IMG/VR virus record: IMGVR_UViG_3300023174_000071
Span: 1-64,000 of that record
DNA: 64,000 nucleotides
Reading direction: 5' to 3' (one strand)
Origin: a virus
The translations under genes and the position numbers were made by a program. Shown here piece after piece: positions 28,252 through 37,320 of the stretch (within the stretch, counting starts at the first letter, position 1; the number at the start of each line of letters is the position of its first letter). Below the pieces are notes generated by a model. It made no database searches, was not told where the DNA came from, and was given only the letters and a program-made list of their open reading frames with translations.

Positions 28252-28533
28252 TTAAAATTTTTCAACACATTTTGCGGAAATCCAAAAATTAAAATCATCT
28301 CCAAACAATCTAACGTAGCAAATGGATTGCGTTGGATAGCTGATTGTCTCTATTTCCGTAACCATATAAACATTTTTTGAATCTAAGTTTTTATATGGAA
28401 TGAATTCGGAGGCGGATTTATCTTTGTGATTAGGAAGCTCTTTGTAAACACAAACAAAAAGCACAAGGACTTTATCGGGACGCTTGATGCCTACAAGCTC
28501 TCCTATTTGGAAGGTTGGAGTTTTTTGATCCAA
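28252..28533 (-). CDS. SH3/KOW-like hypothetical protein
   Basis: FQIGELVGIK...YVRLFGDDFNFWISAKCVEKF. Confidence 0.65.
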   Translation of the reverse strand: MDQKTPTFQIGELVGIKRPDKVLVLFVCVYKELPNHKDKSASEFIPYKNLDSKNVYMVTEIETISYPTQSICYVRLFGDDFNFWISAKCVEKF

Positions 28534-28733
28534 TCAATCCTCACATTTTTCACAATATCAATTTCAAATAAAATGTTAAAATAATTTTTGCTTTTCCCGT
28601 AAGAAAGAATTAAGCCATGAGTTCCTGCTTGGATCAATCCGGCTTTCATATCGTGGAGATGCATTTTTTCTTGACAAAAGAAATGCGTGGTTACCTCTAT
28701 CATATCTCCAACTTCAAATTTTTCCATTAACAC
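28503..28733 (-). CDS. SH3/KOW-like hypothetical protein
   Basis: FEVGDMIEV...GTHGLIL...FNILF. Confidence 0.6.
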   Translation of the reverse strand: MLMEKFEVGDMIEVTTHFFCQEKMHLHDMKAGLIQAGTHGLILSYGKSKNYFNILFEIDIVKNVRIDWIKKLQPSK

Positions 28734-28781
28734 ACTCGCCTCAAAAGCATATCATATCTTTGGTCGAATGCAATAGGCGAA

Positions 28782-29405
28782 TTAAAGTTGTATCATTATG
28801 CTCTTATTCGCTTCGATCAATTTAATTAAAGTCTTTTGAATGCCGGGATTAATTCTCAAAATATGTGGCATCATCGTATGACGGATATAGTTTCTGTCAT
28901 AATCTACATCGCCATTTGATGGATCTTCAACCCAAGTCACACCCTTTCTTTCCGCCCAACTCGCCAAAACTTCTTTCGGCGTCAAAAGAAACGGACGAAT
29001 AAAATTATCCCGCTGAACAGGAATAAGCTTTGGATTACCCCGAAGAGAAGTCATAACCCACCACTCAATCGCATCATTAAGATGGTGGCAAGTAATAATC
29101 TTATCTTCAGAATTTGTAACCGTCTCAAACCACTCGTATCTCTGCTTCCGCCAGAAATCTTCCATGGATTGGTTTTTGTTCGTGGAGCCTTCCAACCTTC
29201 CAACCAAAATCGGAATAGACCATTTTTCACAATAATTTCTAACGCAACTCTCTGCATCCCCAGCGTGAGATGTTGCGTGGTTGAAATGAAGAACCGTTAG
29301 GTTCCGCTTGCCCTGTCGCAAAAAATCAAGACAGGCCATCGAATCTTGACCGCCTGAGACTGCGACGGATACCTTGAGAGGTATTTTGCATGATAATTTA
29401 ATCAT
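28782..29405 (-). CDS. tilS: tRNA(Ile)-lysidine synthetase, catalytic domain only
   Basis: PP-loop AVSGGQDS, HFNH, RKQRY, CHHLNDAIE, IRPFL, WVEDPSN, RNYIRH; 207 aa, lacks the C-terminal domains. Confidence 0.92.
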   Translation of the reverse strand: MIKLSCKIPLKVSVAVSGGQDSMACLDFLRQGKRNLTVLHFNHATSHAGDAESCVRNYCEKWSIPILVGRLEGSTNKNQSMEDFWRKQRYEWFETVTNSEDKIITCHHLNDAIEWWVMTSLRGNPKLIPVQRDNFIRPFLLTPKEVLASWAERKGVTWVEDPSNGDVDYDRNYIRHTMMPHILRINPGIQKTLIKLIEANKSIMIQL

Positions 29406-29480
29406 GATTTAAAATAACCTAACCGTTGTTTTCGCGAAGTGGGGTCTTTGAAAATGTAGCTTTAAACTGAGAAAAAAGCG

Positions 29481-29564
29481 TAGGCGCGGCGAGAGTTGAA
29501 CTCGCATGTCAAACCGATTACTCCTTTAACGACTCTGTGTATGAGGCAGGGGAGATACGCGCCT
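29481..29564 (-). tRNA. non-canonical tRNA-like gene, CAU anticodon (putative tRNA-Ile2)
   Basis: Perfect acceptor AGGCGCG/CGCGCCT+A and T-arm GCGAG-TTCAACT-CTCGC; loop CTCATAC; no D-hairpin 5' of the anticodon arm; D-loop-like TAATCGG lies 3' of it. Confidence 0.75.
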
Positions 29565-30528
29565 ATAAGCTTGATTTTCGAAGAAACTTCAAGAGTTTCT
29601 CAAACTGTTCTTCAACAAATTTCTTATCGAATTTGCCGTCATCATCGATGACATATTCATTGTACCCAGCTGCGCGAATCTTGTCAACCTTTATTTTGTC
29701 TCTTGTTTGAACTTGTTTAACAGAATGTTTTTTTGTAATTTTTCTTCGGTGCCAAGGTCCATTCCACATTACGGCTATTTTTAAGTCCGGAATGATAACA
29801 TCGGCGTCCCATCCGTCAAACATGGGCTCGTTACAAAGAACGTTTGCAAATTTATCCGTACAAAGTTGAGCAAAGTATATTTCGTTTTTGCTTCTTCGAG
29901 TTTCGCGTTGTAACTGAGATGAGGCGATACCTGCTAACCTTGCCTTTCTCATATTCTCTTCATATTGTGGATTTTTTTCATTAAATTTATATTTTGTTGC
30001 ACAACTAATATCGCAGAATTTTTTATTTTTCCTTTTATATGAAACAGTAAATTTTTCATTGCAGTGAAGGCATTCTTTTGTTGTATCTTCATAAATATGA
30101 GAAAATTTCTTTTTAACCGTATCGCTCGTCTTCTTACTAATCGCTTCTCTATTTAATGCTGTAGCGGAACTTCTTGCACATTTTTGAGAGCAGAATCTTC
30201 CGGTTCCATAAACTTCTTTAATTTTTTCATTACATCTTTCGCATTTGTTTGAAAAGATTGATTTCTTTTTATTTTCCGCTCTTTCTTCTCCTAGAATATG
30301 TAAGCGGAGAGTGCTTTTTGCAAACATTTGATTGCAATTTGGACATGCAACCAAAGTTCGTGAAGCTATAGCTGCTGCAGCACGGGCTCTTTCGCCTTTT
30401 TCTTTTCCTTCAGCGGTATGCTTCGCTTTCCAATGCAGCAATATATTTTTTGTAGATTTCTTTTCTCCGCATTCCAAACAAACGGCTTGTCCATCTTCAT
30501 CAATTTTTGCGATATCTTCTAGCTTCAT
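29563..30528 (-). CDS. Zn-finger-rich putative homing endonuclease with Vsr/DUF559-like nuclease domain
   Basis: Multiple CxxC and FCSxxC motifs; RSKNEIYF...WDADVIIPDLKIAVMWNGPWH...RDKIK; stop codon overlaps the 5' end of the tRNA-like gene. Confidence 0.75.
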   Translation of the reverse strand: MKLEDIAKIDEDGQAVCLECGEKKSTKNILLHWKAKHTAEGKEKGERARAAAAIASRTLVACPNCNQMFAKSTLRLHILGEERAENKKKSIFSNKCERCNEKIKEVYGTGRFCSQKCARSSATALNREAISKKTSDTVKKKFSHIYEDTTKECLHCNEKFTVSYKRKNKKFCDISCATKYKFNEKNPQYEENMRKARLAGIASSQLQRETRRSKNEIYFAQLCTDKFANVLCNEPMFDGWDADVIIPDLKIAVMWNGPWHRRKITKKHSVKQVQTRDKIKVDKIRAAGYNEYVIDDDGKFDKKFVEEQFEKLLKFLRKSSL

Positions 30529-30641
30529 GATAGTTAAAATAACCTTTGTATTTTAATTTTACTATATCCAGCAAGCCCCGCCAATCTTATCTTTATTATT
30601 TTTCTCACCATCCTTTAGGGAATAAAAAGGGGGATGGGTCG

Positions 30642-31082
30642 ATGAGGATTTTGAGTTTTGCTTTGGTTATTTTTCTATCGTCCGCCTCGATTCATGCGGA
30701 AGAATCGACACCTGTTGTAGCTATCGATAAAGATATTGTTACACTGATGACAATAGAAGGTGAAGCCCAACCCTGTTCGAAGATAATTGCCAACCCTCCA
30801 ACCACAACATTTTGGACACAGGATGGAGAGTTAAAAGAAATTAATCTTTGGATTAGCGATTGTAAGGGCGCATCACCATCTGCTGGCGGAAGTTGGGATT
30901 TTTCCACATCTGAATCTTGGAAAACTAGAAAGCCATTAATGGCAGCAATAGCGCATGGCGGAAAATTTTCCTGTTCTATTGCGTGGTCAATGAGAACGGA
31001 TTCGGTTAGTTCAGTACAATTCATAACTAATTGGTCTGTAGTTTCTTCTCAAAAGTGTTTTGCAGCAATTGCGACAAGATAA
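30642..31082 (+). CDS. secreted hypothetical protein
   Basis: Signal peptide MRILSFALVIFLSSASIHA; four Cys. Confidence 0.65.
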   Translation: MRILSFALVIFLSSASIHAEESTPVVAIDKDIVTLMTIEGEAQPCSKIIANPPTTTFWTQDGELKEINLWISDCKGASPSAGGSWDFSTSESWKTRKPLMAAIAHGGKFSCSIAWSMRTDSVSSVQFITNWSVVSSQKCFAAIATR

Positions 31083-31085
31083 AGG

Positions 31086-32102
31086 TTGAATCAAATGTCG
31101 AGAAAGTTTGTTTTGAAAAGTTTGTTTAAAAAAGCGTCCGGGCAAAATCCAACTCAAGAAGTTCATATTTTTGATTTTGATTCTTGTCTTTTCCGTTCGC
31201 CTTATCCTCCGGCAGATTGGAAGGGTGGTTGGTGGGGAAGTTTAATTTCTCTGGATGAGCCATGTGTTCCTGCTGAGCCGGATTCTTCTTGGTGGAATTC
31301 GGAAGTTGTTTCTCAAGCTAAGGCGTCCATTCAAAATCCGGATGTTTACACGATGCTTATGACAGGTCGGCAGGATCATATTTTCCGATATCGAATTGTT
31401 GATCTTCTAAATCAAGCCGGTTTGAATTTTGATTTTATTCGCCTAAGCGATTCGGATAACACTCGAGATTTCAAATTTTCAAATATGAAAAATAAGATCT
31501 TTGAGTTTCTTAGAAAGGACAGCCTATCTATCGGAAAGATTAAGATTTGGGACGATAACAAATCGTATCTTAACTATTATAAAAAAGCTTTAGAGGAATT
31601 GTTTCAAAAAATTCCTGACCCAACAAAGAGGCCGATTGTTGAGGTTTTCCATGTTGTAGCGAAATCGAAGCCGGCCCTATCTTCGCAACCTGAAGGCGAA
31701 CATAAAATTAAAAAGAATGGTTACCTTGGTTTGTTTTTGGATTCTCAATCTAAGGCGGATTTGATTTATCATTTTCCGCAAGAATATGAAAACCCTTATG
31801 GTGAGCATGTCACTTTGCTTTTCAAACCATCAGAAGCTGTTAAATCTATTGTTATAGATTCTGGGTTGATTGGAAAAGAATATCCAATTCAGATTGTTGG
31901 TTATGCGGCGAGAGATGGTGTTCAGGCAGTTGCTGTGGAAGTGAAAGGCTTGGAAGATTTTCTAATTGAAACAGATCGAATTCTTCATATCACCATATCT
32001 ACATCGAATGACCGCAAACCTGTGGATAGCAACAAGCTATTGATGGAAGGCTTTGAAAAAATTCAAGGTCCGCAGATTCGGGGCATTTTGTTATTCAGGT
32101 AA
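31086..32102 (+). CDS. RNA end-healing enzyme: HAD phosphatase (Swiss Army Knife RNA-repair type) + 2H phosphoesterase
   Basis: HIFDFDSCLFRSP, MTGR, IWDD HAD motifs; HVTL...HITIS 2H motifs; leader SRKFVLKSLFKKAS. Confidence 0.82.
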   Translation: MNQMSRKFVLKSLFKKASGQNPTQEVHIFDFDSCLFRSPYPPADWKGGWWGSLISLDEPCVPAEPDSSWWNSEVVSQAKASIQNPDVYTMLMTGRQDHIFRYRIVDLLNQAGLNFDFIRLSDSDNTRDFKFSNMKNKIFEFLRKDSLSIGKIKIWDDNKSYLNYYKKALEELFQKIPDPTKRPIVEVFHVVAKSKPALSSQPEGEHKIKKNGYLGLFLDSQSKADLIYHFPQEYENPYGEHVTLLFKPSEAVKSIVIDSGLIGKEYPIQIVGYAARDGVQAVAVEVKGLEDFLIETDRILHITISTSNDRKPVDSNKLLMEGFEKIQGPQIRGILLFR

Positions 32103-32154
32103 TTATTTTCCAAATATTGTCGTACAATCGTTTATAAGTTTGGAAAAGAACATC

Positions 32155-34551
32155 ATGAATTCTGGTTTAAGTGTAGCTTCTCGAAGAATTATTTTAAAAA
32201 CATTACAAAAATATGCTCAGCAATATTGGGGCAACTCTGGTGCTGGCATCTTATTTATTTGTAGCGAAGATAACACCTGTCTTTTAGCCTTAAGGTCTTC
32301 TGGCGTTAATGAGCCCGGAACTTGGGGAGTTCCGGGTGGGGCTATAGAGAAAGGTGAATCACCAGAAATTGGCGCAGAAAGAGAGGTTAAAGAAGAGTTT
32401 GGTTCATTACCGTCTTCATTTGAAGAGGTAACCAGAACTAAATTTAAATCCGATAATGATTTTGAATATACAACTTTTATTTATGATATTTCAAAAGATG
32501 AAAAAAGAAATTGGTCAAAAAGGATTAAATTAAATTGGGAGAATGATCAATTTAAATGGTTTGATTTTTCAACCTTGCCATCAAATTTACACTTTGGCGT
32601 TCAAAAAGTAAAGCAGCTTTTAGTGGAACAGTCCAACTTGTTTTTATTTCCCGAACGAAAAAACAATTGGGATCATTATCGGAATATATTGTCCAAGCTA
32701 AAAACTTCCGTTAAAAAAGAAAATCAGCAGATTTTTAATTCTTTAATTTCTGAATTAGAAAACCCTCCCCAAACCGAAGGGAGAGAGCAGTTAGTTAACT
32801 ATTCGAAATTAATTTCTGATAAAATGTTAGACTTATCTAAGTCATTATCTTCAGCAGGCGAAGAAGATATTGCTAAAAAAATTGAAGTTGCAGCAAACTC
32901 AATCGTTAAAGAACTTGATCGTGATATGGTGGAAAGCGAACTTGTAAGTAAAGAGCAGGCGACAGATAAATTTCTTTATCATGGAACAAATTTTGGAGAT
33001 GTTCTTTCGCTATTAACAACCAAAACATTCCAGCCTACTGGAACATACAAGAAGGTATCGCTAACAACTAGTTTTGATTTGGCTTTAAAATTTGGCGATA
33101 CAGTTTTAGCTTTTGATGCTGATAAGCTAAAAGCGAAAGGTGCAAGAAAGATGCAATACGGAACAACGGATGAGGTTGCAAAAGCTAATTCTGAAGGCCG
33201 AGATGAAGATTCATTAGATCATCCCGAAGGCCCTATTATTCTAGATATATACAAATATGAGCAAGAGTGGTCTATTCGAACTCCATTTTCATTTGATCTA
33301 CAAGACCTTGATAGAATTTATTTCGTCTGTGATCCTAATCGTAAATATGGAAAAGAATCAAATACTTATGATGAAGCCATGGACCTTGTTCACTCGATTG
33401 TTGGAGACGAAGTCCCTCTTGTCTGTTCGAGCATAAAAGCAACAGCGCCATTTTATCCAGATCAATCTTCTAGAGTTTCTTCTGGTATCATTGGTTTGAA
33501 ATCATTTTTATTTACAAATATTCTCCGTGCATGTTCTGACTTAAAAGATATAAGACTTGAATATTTTAAAATAATGGAAAGACACGGTATACCAAACGAG
33601 TATATCAAATATGACCGTCTATACTCCTATTTAAATAATCTTATAAGTTTATTTAATGAAATGGAGACCGTTAAGAATGACCTTAATTTTTCATATGTAA
33701 ATAAAGATAGAGGCAAAGCTTCGGTCATTTTGAGATTAGATTCTTTATTATCAAGAATTCTTGGCTCAAACGAAATGAGTGAAGGTGAATCTTCACAAAA
33801 TAGTTTAACGGGGATTTCGGAGTTTACATATAGAGAATACTCTTATAGTGATTATTCGGCCTCGGCGCAGAAAGAAATAGAAGCTTTCGTAGAAAATCTA
33901 AATGAATATATTAAAGCTTTAATTTCAGAGCTAAAGAACAAGGTAAGTTTTTTTAAGCAAACTTCGAGTGAAGCAATAAAATTTTCAGATAAAGAATCTC
34001 TATATCCTTATATTTTTAATGATATATCTCTTCCGCCGTTTCTTAAGAGTAAGTTGTACGCCAAGAGTTCATCTTTATTTTCAGAAATATATAATGATTA
34101 TTTGAATGGCAATCTTTCTAATTATGGCGATGATTATAGAATCAAAAATAGACTGGAATCATTAGCAGAAAAAGCTCCGCCTGATGCTATCCCAACAGAG
34201 CTTCTAAAAGACAGACCAATAATTTTAATTGATCATATAAATCCAGATCTTTTTTCTGATCAGCAAATTAAAGATGCGCTATCAAGTCAAGATAACTATA
34301 ATGCTGATTGGATATTTAACTACAGATACGGCTTTGACAAAACAAAATTTCCGGCGCTCGATGATGCAAAAAAATACTTTGAAGAATGTGAACAGTCATA
34401 TCCCGGTTGCGCAAAAGATACCTTGAAATCTATAAAGGATATAAAATCAAAAGATTTTTACATGAGAGTGTTTAAAGTTTTGGGGCGTCAAGACTTAATT
34501 AATGATATAACAGATTTGATTGAGTTTTTGGAACAGCTATCTGCGAATTAA
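32155..34551 (+). CDS. polyvalent protein: NUDIX hydrolase + ADP-ribosyltransferase-like domain + helical C-terminus
   Basis: Nudix box GGAIEKGESPEIGAEREVKEEFG; ART-like FLYHGT...VSLTTS...YEQEW; ATG at 32155 gives leader ASRRIILKTLQKYAQ. Confidence 0.8.
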   Translation: MNSGLSVASRRIILKTLQKYAQQYWGNSGAGILFICSEDNTCLLALRSSGVNEPGTWGVPGGAIEKGESPEIGAEREVKEEFGSLPSSFEEVTRTKFKSDNDFEYTTFIYDISKDEKRNWSKRIKLNWENDQFKWFDFSTLPSNLHFGVQKVKQLLVEQSNLFLFPERKNNWDHYRNILSKLKTSVKKENQQIFNSLISELENPPQTEGREQLVNYSKLISDKMLDLSKSLSSAGEEDIAKKIEVAANSIVKELDRDMVESELVSKEQATDKFLYHGTNFGDVLSLLTTKTFQPTGTYKKVSLTTSFDLALKFGDTVLAFDADKLKAKGARKMQYGTTDEVAKANSEGRDEDSLDHPEGPIILDIYKYEQEWSIRTPFSFDLQDLDRIYFVCDPNRKYGKESNTYDEAMDLVHSIVGDEVPLVCSSIKATAPFYPDQSSRVSSGIIGLKSFLFTNILRACSDLKDIRLEYFKIMERHGIPNEYIKYDRLYSYLNNLISLFNEMETVKNDLNFSYVNKDRGKASVILRLDSLLSRILGSNEMSEGESSQNSLTGISEFTYREYSYSDYSASAQKEIEAFVENLNEYIKALISELKNKVSFFKQTSSEAIKFSDKESLYPYIFNDISLPPFLKSKLYAKSSSLFSEIYNDYLNGNLSNYGDDYRIKNRLESLAEKAPPDAIPTELLKDRPIILIDHINPDLFSDQQIKDALSSQDNYNADWIFNYRYGFDKTKFPALDDAKKYFEECEQSYPGCAKDTLKSIKDIKSKDFYMRVFKVLGRQDLINDITDLIEFLEQLSAN

Positions 34552-34553
34552 TC

Positions 34554-34979
34554 TCATTTCGAAAAAATGATGAGGCATCCTGCGAAAATTAGGATGCCAC
34601 CAAATACAACTTCTTTTGAAACGGTTTGGTTAAATAGTAACCAGGAAAATATAATAACAAAAAATGGATAAGAGATTTCTAGCATAGCGGCGGTGGATGA
34701 GCCTATTTTTACAATCGCTGAAAATGCAAAAAGACTAGCCAAGATAGATAAAGAATGGGCGGCGAAAGTTAATCCAACCGTTTTTAGATCGGCTTCTTCT
34801 CCAAAAAACTTCTGCAAATTAAATCCACGATAGGCAAAAAATATCATGGAGAAAGTTAAGGCCAAGACTCCATTTACAAAGATGATGGCATTTGGAGTTA
34901 ATGTTTTTAGAAATTTTCCATCCACCGCATAAACGAATCCCCATAATAATGCGGCAAGCACGCAAAATAAATAAGCCAT
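34554..34979 (-). CDS. EamA/DMT-family membrane transporter (single domain)
   Basis: Five TM helices; AALLWG, EISYPFF, GGILIFAG. Confidence 0.85.
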   Translation of the reverse strand: MAYLFCVLAALLWGFVYAVDGKFLKTLTPNAIIFVNGVLALTFSMIFFAYRGFNLQKFFGEEADLKTVGLTFAAHSLSILASLFAFSAIVKIGSSTAAMLEISYPFFVIIFSWLLFNQTVSKEVVFGGILIFAGCLIIFSK

Positions 34980-35053
34980 ATCTCCACCCTTCTAAAATGT
35001 CGGCAGAGAATAGTAGGATTAGGTGCTAATGTGTTTGATTAAAATAAGAGAGA

Positions 35054-35968
35054 ATGATGATGCAAGAACGGTTGAGAAAACTTTATTCTTTTTTGATTTC
35101 TGGTGGCTATTCAGATCAGGCGAATCAATTAGTTAAAACGGCGGCACCATTGGATATGTTTTACCCGGAATCTAAAGACTTATCTAATTGGCAAGATTGG
35201 ATGAGCAATCTGGTTACGCCAATTGTTATATTTAGTTTTGACTCTTCGGAATTAAAAGCTTCAGATATCAATAAAATGAGAAAAGTATTCGGCCATTCAG
35301 ATGATGAAGTTGAATTTGAAGAGGGCGAATATGATGTTGCGGTTCAGCCTTCATCTATGTTTTCCAATAGCAAAAAAGTCGCTACTGCAAATATATCTGA
35401 TTTTATTTCAGCATTTCCAGAATTTGGGGCGAAGCTTAAATTAAAATCATTAGATATTAATGATATTGTTTTAATGCTTTATAATAAGAAGCCAATCCAA
35501 ATGGGTTCGGTTACCTTTGATAGATCCCCGCAATATTTCGTCCATGACATCTTTCATTTCTTCGAAGAATTTAATCAAGACTTTGTTGCAAAATTTATTT
35601 TATCTATAAGTGATTTTTTAAAATTTGCATTGTCTTGTTATGAAGATGAATCAGGAAAATCGCCGGAACAAAATCTTTTTAAGAAATCATATTGGAAATT
35701 CTTTACAGGATTTTATTCTTTAGAGACGGATGCTAACGCTGACCTTTTCTCCATTGCAGCAAAAGGTGATTTTAAAAAGAGCTTTATGATTCCTGATGAG
35801 CTTTCTTTTAACGATAAGATTTATAAACTTGATCCTGAAAATAAATCAGAAATCATTAATCGATTTGAATCGCTAAATGGTTCTATAAATAAAATGTTGA
35901 AAAATTCGGATAATGATCCGCTAAAAGATTATAAGGGGAAAGTTTTGCTTCACGACTTTGTTCCGTGA
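35054..35968 (+). CDS. hypothetical protein with N-terminal KxA tag
   Basis: RLRKLYSFLISGGYSDQANQLVKTAA leader; HDIFH metal-site-like motif. Confidence 0.75.
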   Translation: MMMQERLRKLYSFLISGGYSDQANQLVKTAAPLDMFYPESKDLSNWQDWMSNLVTPIVIFSFDSSELKASDINKMRKVFGHSDDEVEFEEGEYDVAVQPSSMFSNSKKVATANISDFISAFPEFGAKLKLKSLDINDIVLMLYNKKPIQMGSVTFDRSPQYFVHDIFHFFEEFNQDFVAKFILSISDFLKFALSCYEDESGKSPEQNLFKKSYWKFFTGFYSLETDANADLFSIAAKGDFKKSFMIPDELSFNDKIYKLDPENKSEIINRFESLNGSINKMLKNSDNDPLKDYKGKVLLHDFVP

Positions 35969-36202
35969 TTAGGAGCGGATTGTTTTCTTAAAAACGGTCT
36001 CTCCGTTTTTCTTCTTGATGTAAATTTTTGCCGACTCAAAATCTCCATCATAGATGTAGTTCAGATGCTCTCGGATAGCCTCTATAAAGGCTTTAATGTC
36101 TAGACTATCCCATCCGCCTAGATCTTGTTTATCTCCTGCTATAACACCATCCGCAATCAATTCAACGCTATCGTGATTACGATCCCAATGAGCCATGGCC
36201 AT
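35969..36202 (-). CDS. hypothetical protein
   Basis: 77 aa ORF convergent on 35054-35968. Confidence 0.55.
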   Translation of the reverse strand: MAMAHWDRNHDSVELIADGVIAGDKQDLGGWDSLDIKAFIEAIREHLNYIYDGDFESAKIYIKKKNGETVFKKTIRS

Positions 36203-36266
36203 TCCTGTTGATGAAGGAAATTAATGGTAACACAAAATCCCATTCAAAGCAAGTGCTAACTTTTAG

Positions 36267-36743
36267 CTACTCTTCGAAATCAGGAAGATCATCTGATTGT
36301 TTCGTTTCGCTAAAGTTTGCGACAACCGTTTCGCCACAGATGATTTTTCTTGTGGCATCCAATTCTTCTTTCTTGAATCCATCGCTATATTGCTTAGCTA
36401 AAGTCAAAAGTTCTTGAGCAGAAGCGAAGTCATTTTCCATCGCTTTCTGGCGGCTTTCTTCAATTAATTCTTTAGAGCGGATGGATGCTCGAAATACAGA
36501 AACCCATGAGTTTAAATTTTCAATTGTTTCAAGAATGGAGGCTTCAATATATGAAAAGTCTCCATCAATTTCTTTCCAGTCTTCGGATAGTTTGGCTATA
36601 GCTTCATATGCAGCAAACCCGGAAGGATCATCGGAAAAGACATTGAATAAGTTTCCGTTAAACTCATCTTCCGGCGATATGATTAATTTTTCAATAATTA
36701 TATTTTCCAAAGTGAACTCTCTCTTTAACATTTCAAGTAACAA
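36267..36743 (-). CDS. acidic hypothetical protein
   Basis: 158 aa ORF. Confidence 0.65.
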   Translation of the reverse strand: MLLEMLKREFTLENIIIEKLIISPEDEFNGNLFNVFSDDPSGFAAYEAIAKLSEDWKEIDGDFSYIEASILETIENLNSWVSVFRASIRSKELIEESRQKAMENDFASAQELLTLAKQYSDGFKKEELDATRKIICGETVVANFSETKQSDDLPDFEE

Positions 36744-36800
36744 CCATTTCTCTTGCTCTCATTAACTGTTCTTGCTATATTCGCCAACAGAGAGTTATGA

Positions 36801-37319
36801 ATGCAAAATAAGTTTTCACATTTAGAGATTGTTGAGTTGATAACAGAAACCTTTAATATAGCGAATCATTTCAACCTTAAACTTTATAGCGCATCATATG
36901 ATGGATTAAAAAATCGTCTTGTTTCTGTTCGTTGGTTGAAAGATGAAGAAGATTATATTATCAGAAAATCTCTGAATCTTAAAACAGAAGATATTCTACT
37001 TCCGCCCAACGCTAGAAATAATAATTTTTGTATTTATTCTCATGCTGAATCATTTGTTGATGAAGTCATTTATCAGATTGTAATTTCATTTAAAGCTGAT
37101 TCTGGGAAAATAATTGGAGAATTTTCTTTTGTAGCCGATATACTGGATGACGATGATCTATTTTCATCGCCTTCTTTTTGGGTTTGCGCAAAAAATGAAA
37201 GGCTAACGGATCAAGATAGAATCTCTTGGTTGCTTGATGCAACGGAGGTTGATGATATCAAAAAATTTATTGTAAGCAGAATCATGCCGGCAACCATCAA
37301 CAGGCCGGAATGGAGATAG
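36801..37319 (+). CDS. tandem array paralogue 1
   Basis: 172 aa; LLDATEVDDIKKFIVSRI near the C-terminus. Confidence 0.65.
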   Translation: MQNKFSHLEIVELITETFNIANHFNLKLYSASYDGLKNRLVSVRWLKDEEDYIIRKSLNLKTEDILLPPNARNNNFCIYSHAESFVDEVIYQIVISFKADSGKIIGEFSFVADILDDDDLFSSPSFWVCAKNERLTDQDRISWLLDATEVDDIKKFIVSRIMPATINRPEWR

Positions 37320-37320
37320 T

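Noticed and set aside
32053-32154. Upstream TTG start, or frameshift fusion of 31086-32102 with the NUDIX-ART gene
   Set aside because: The ATG at 32155 places the shared leader motif at the N-terminus as in other tagged proteins; no clear slippery site plus stimulator is visible
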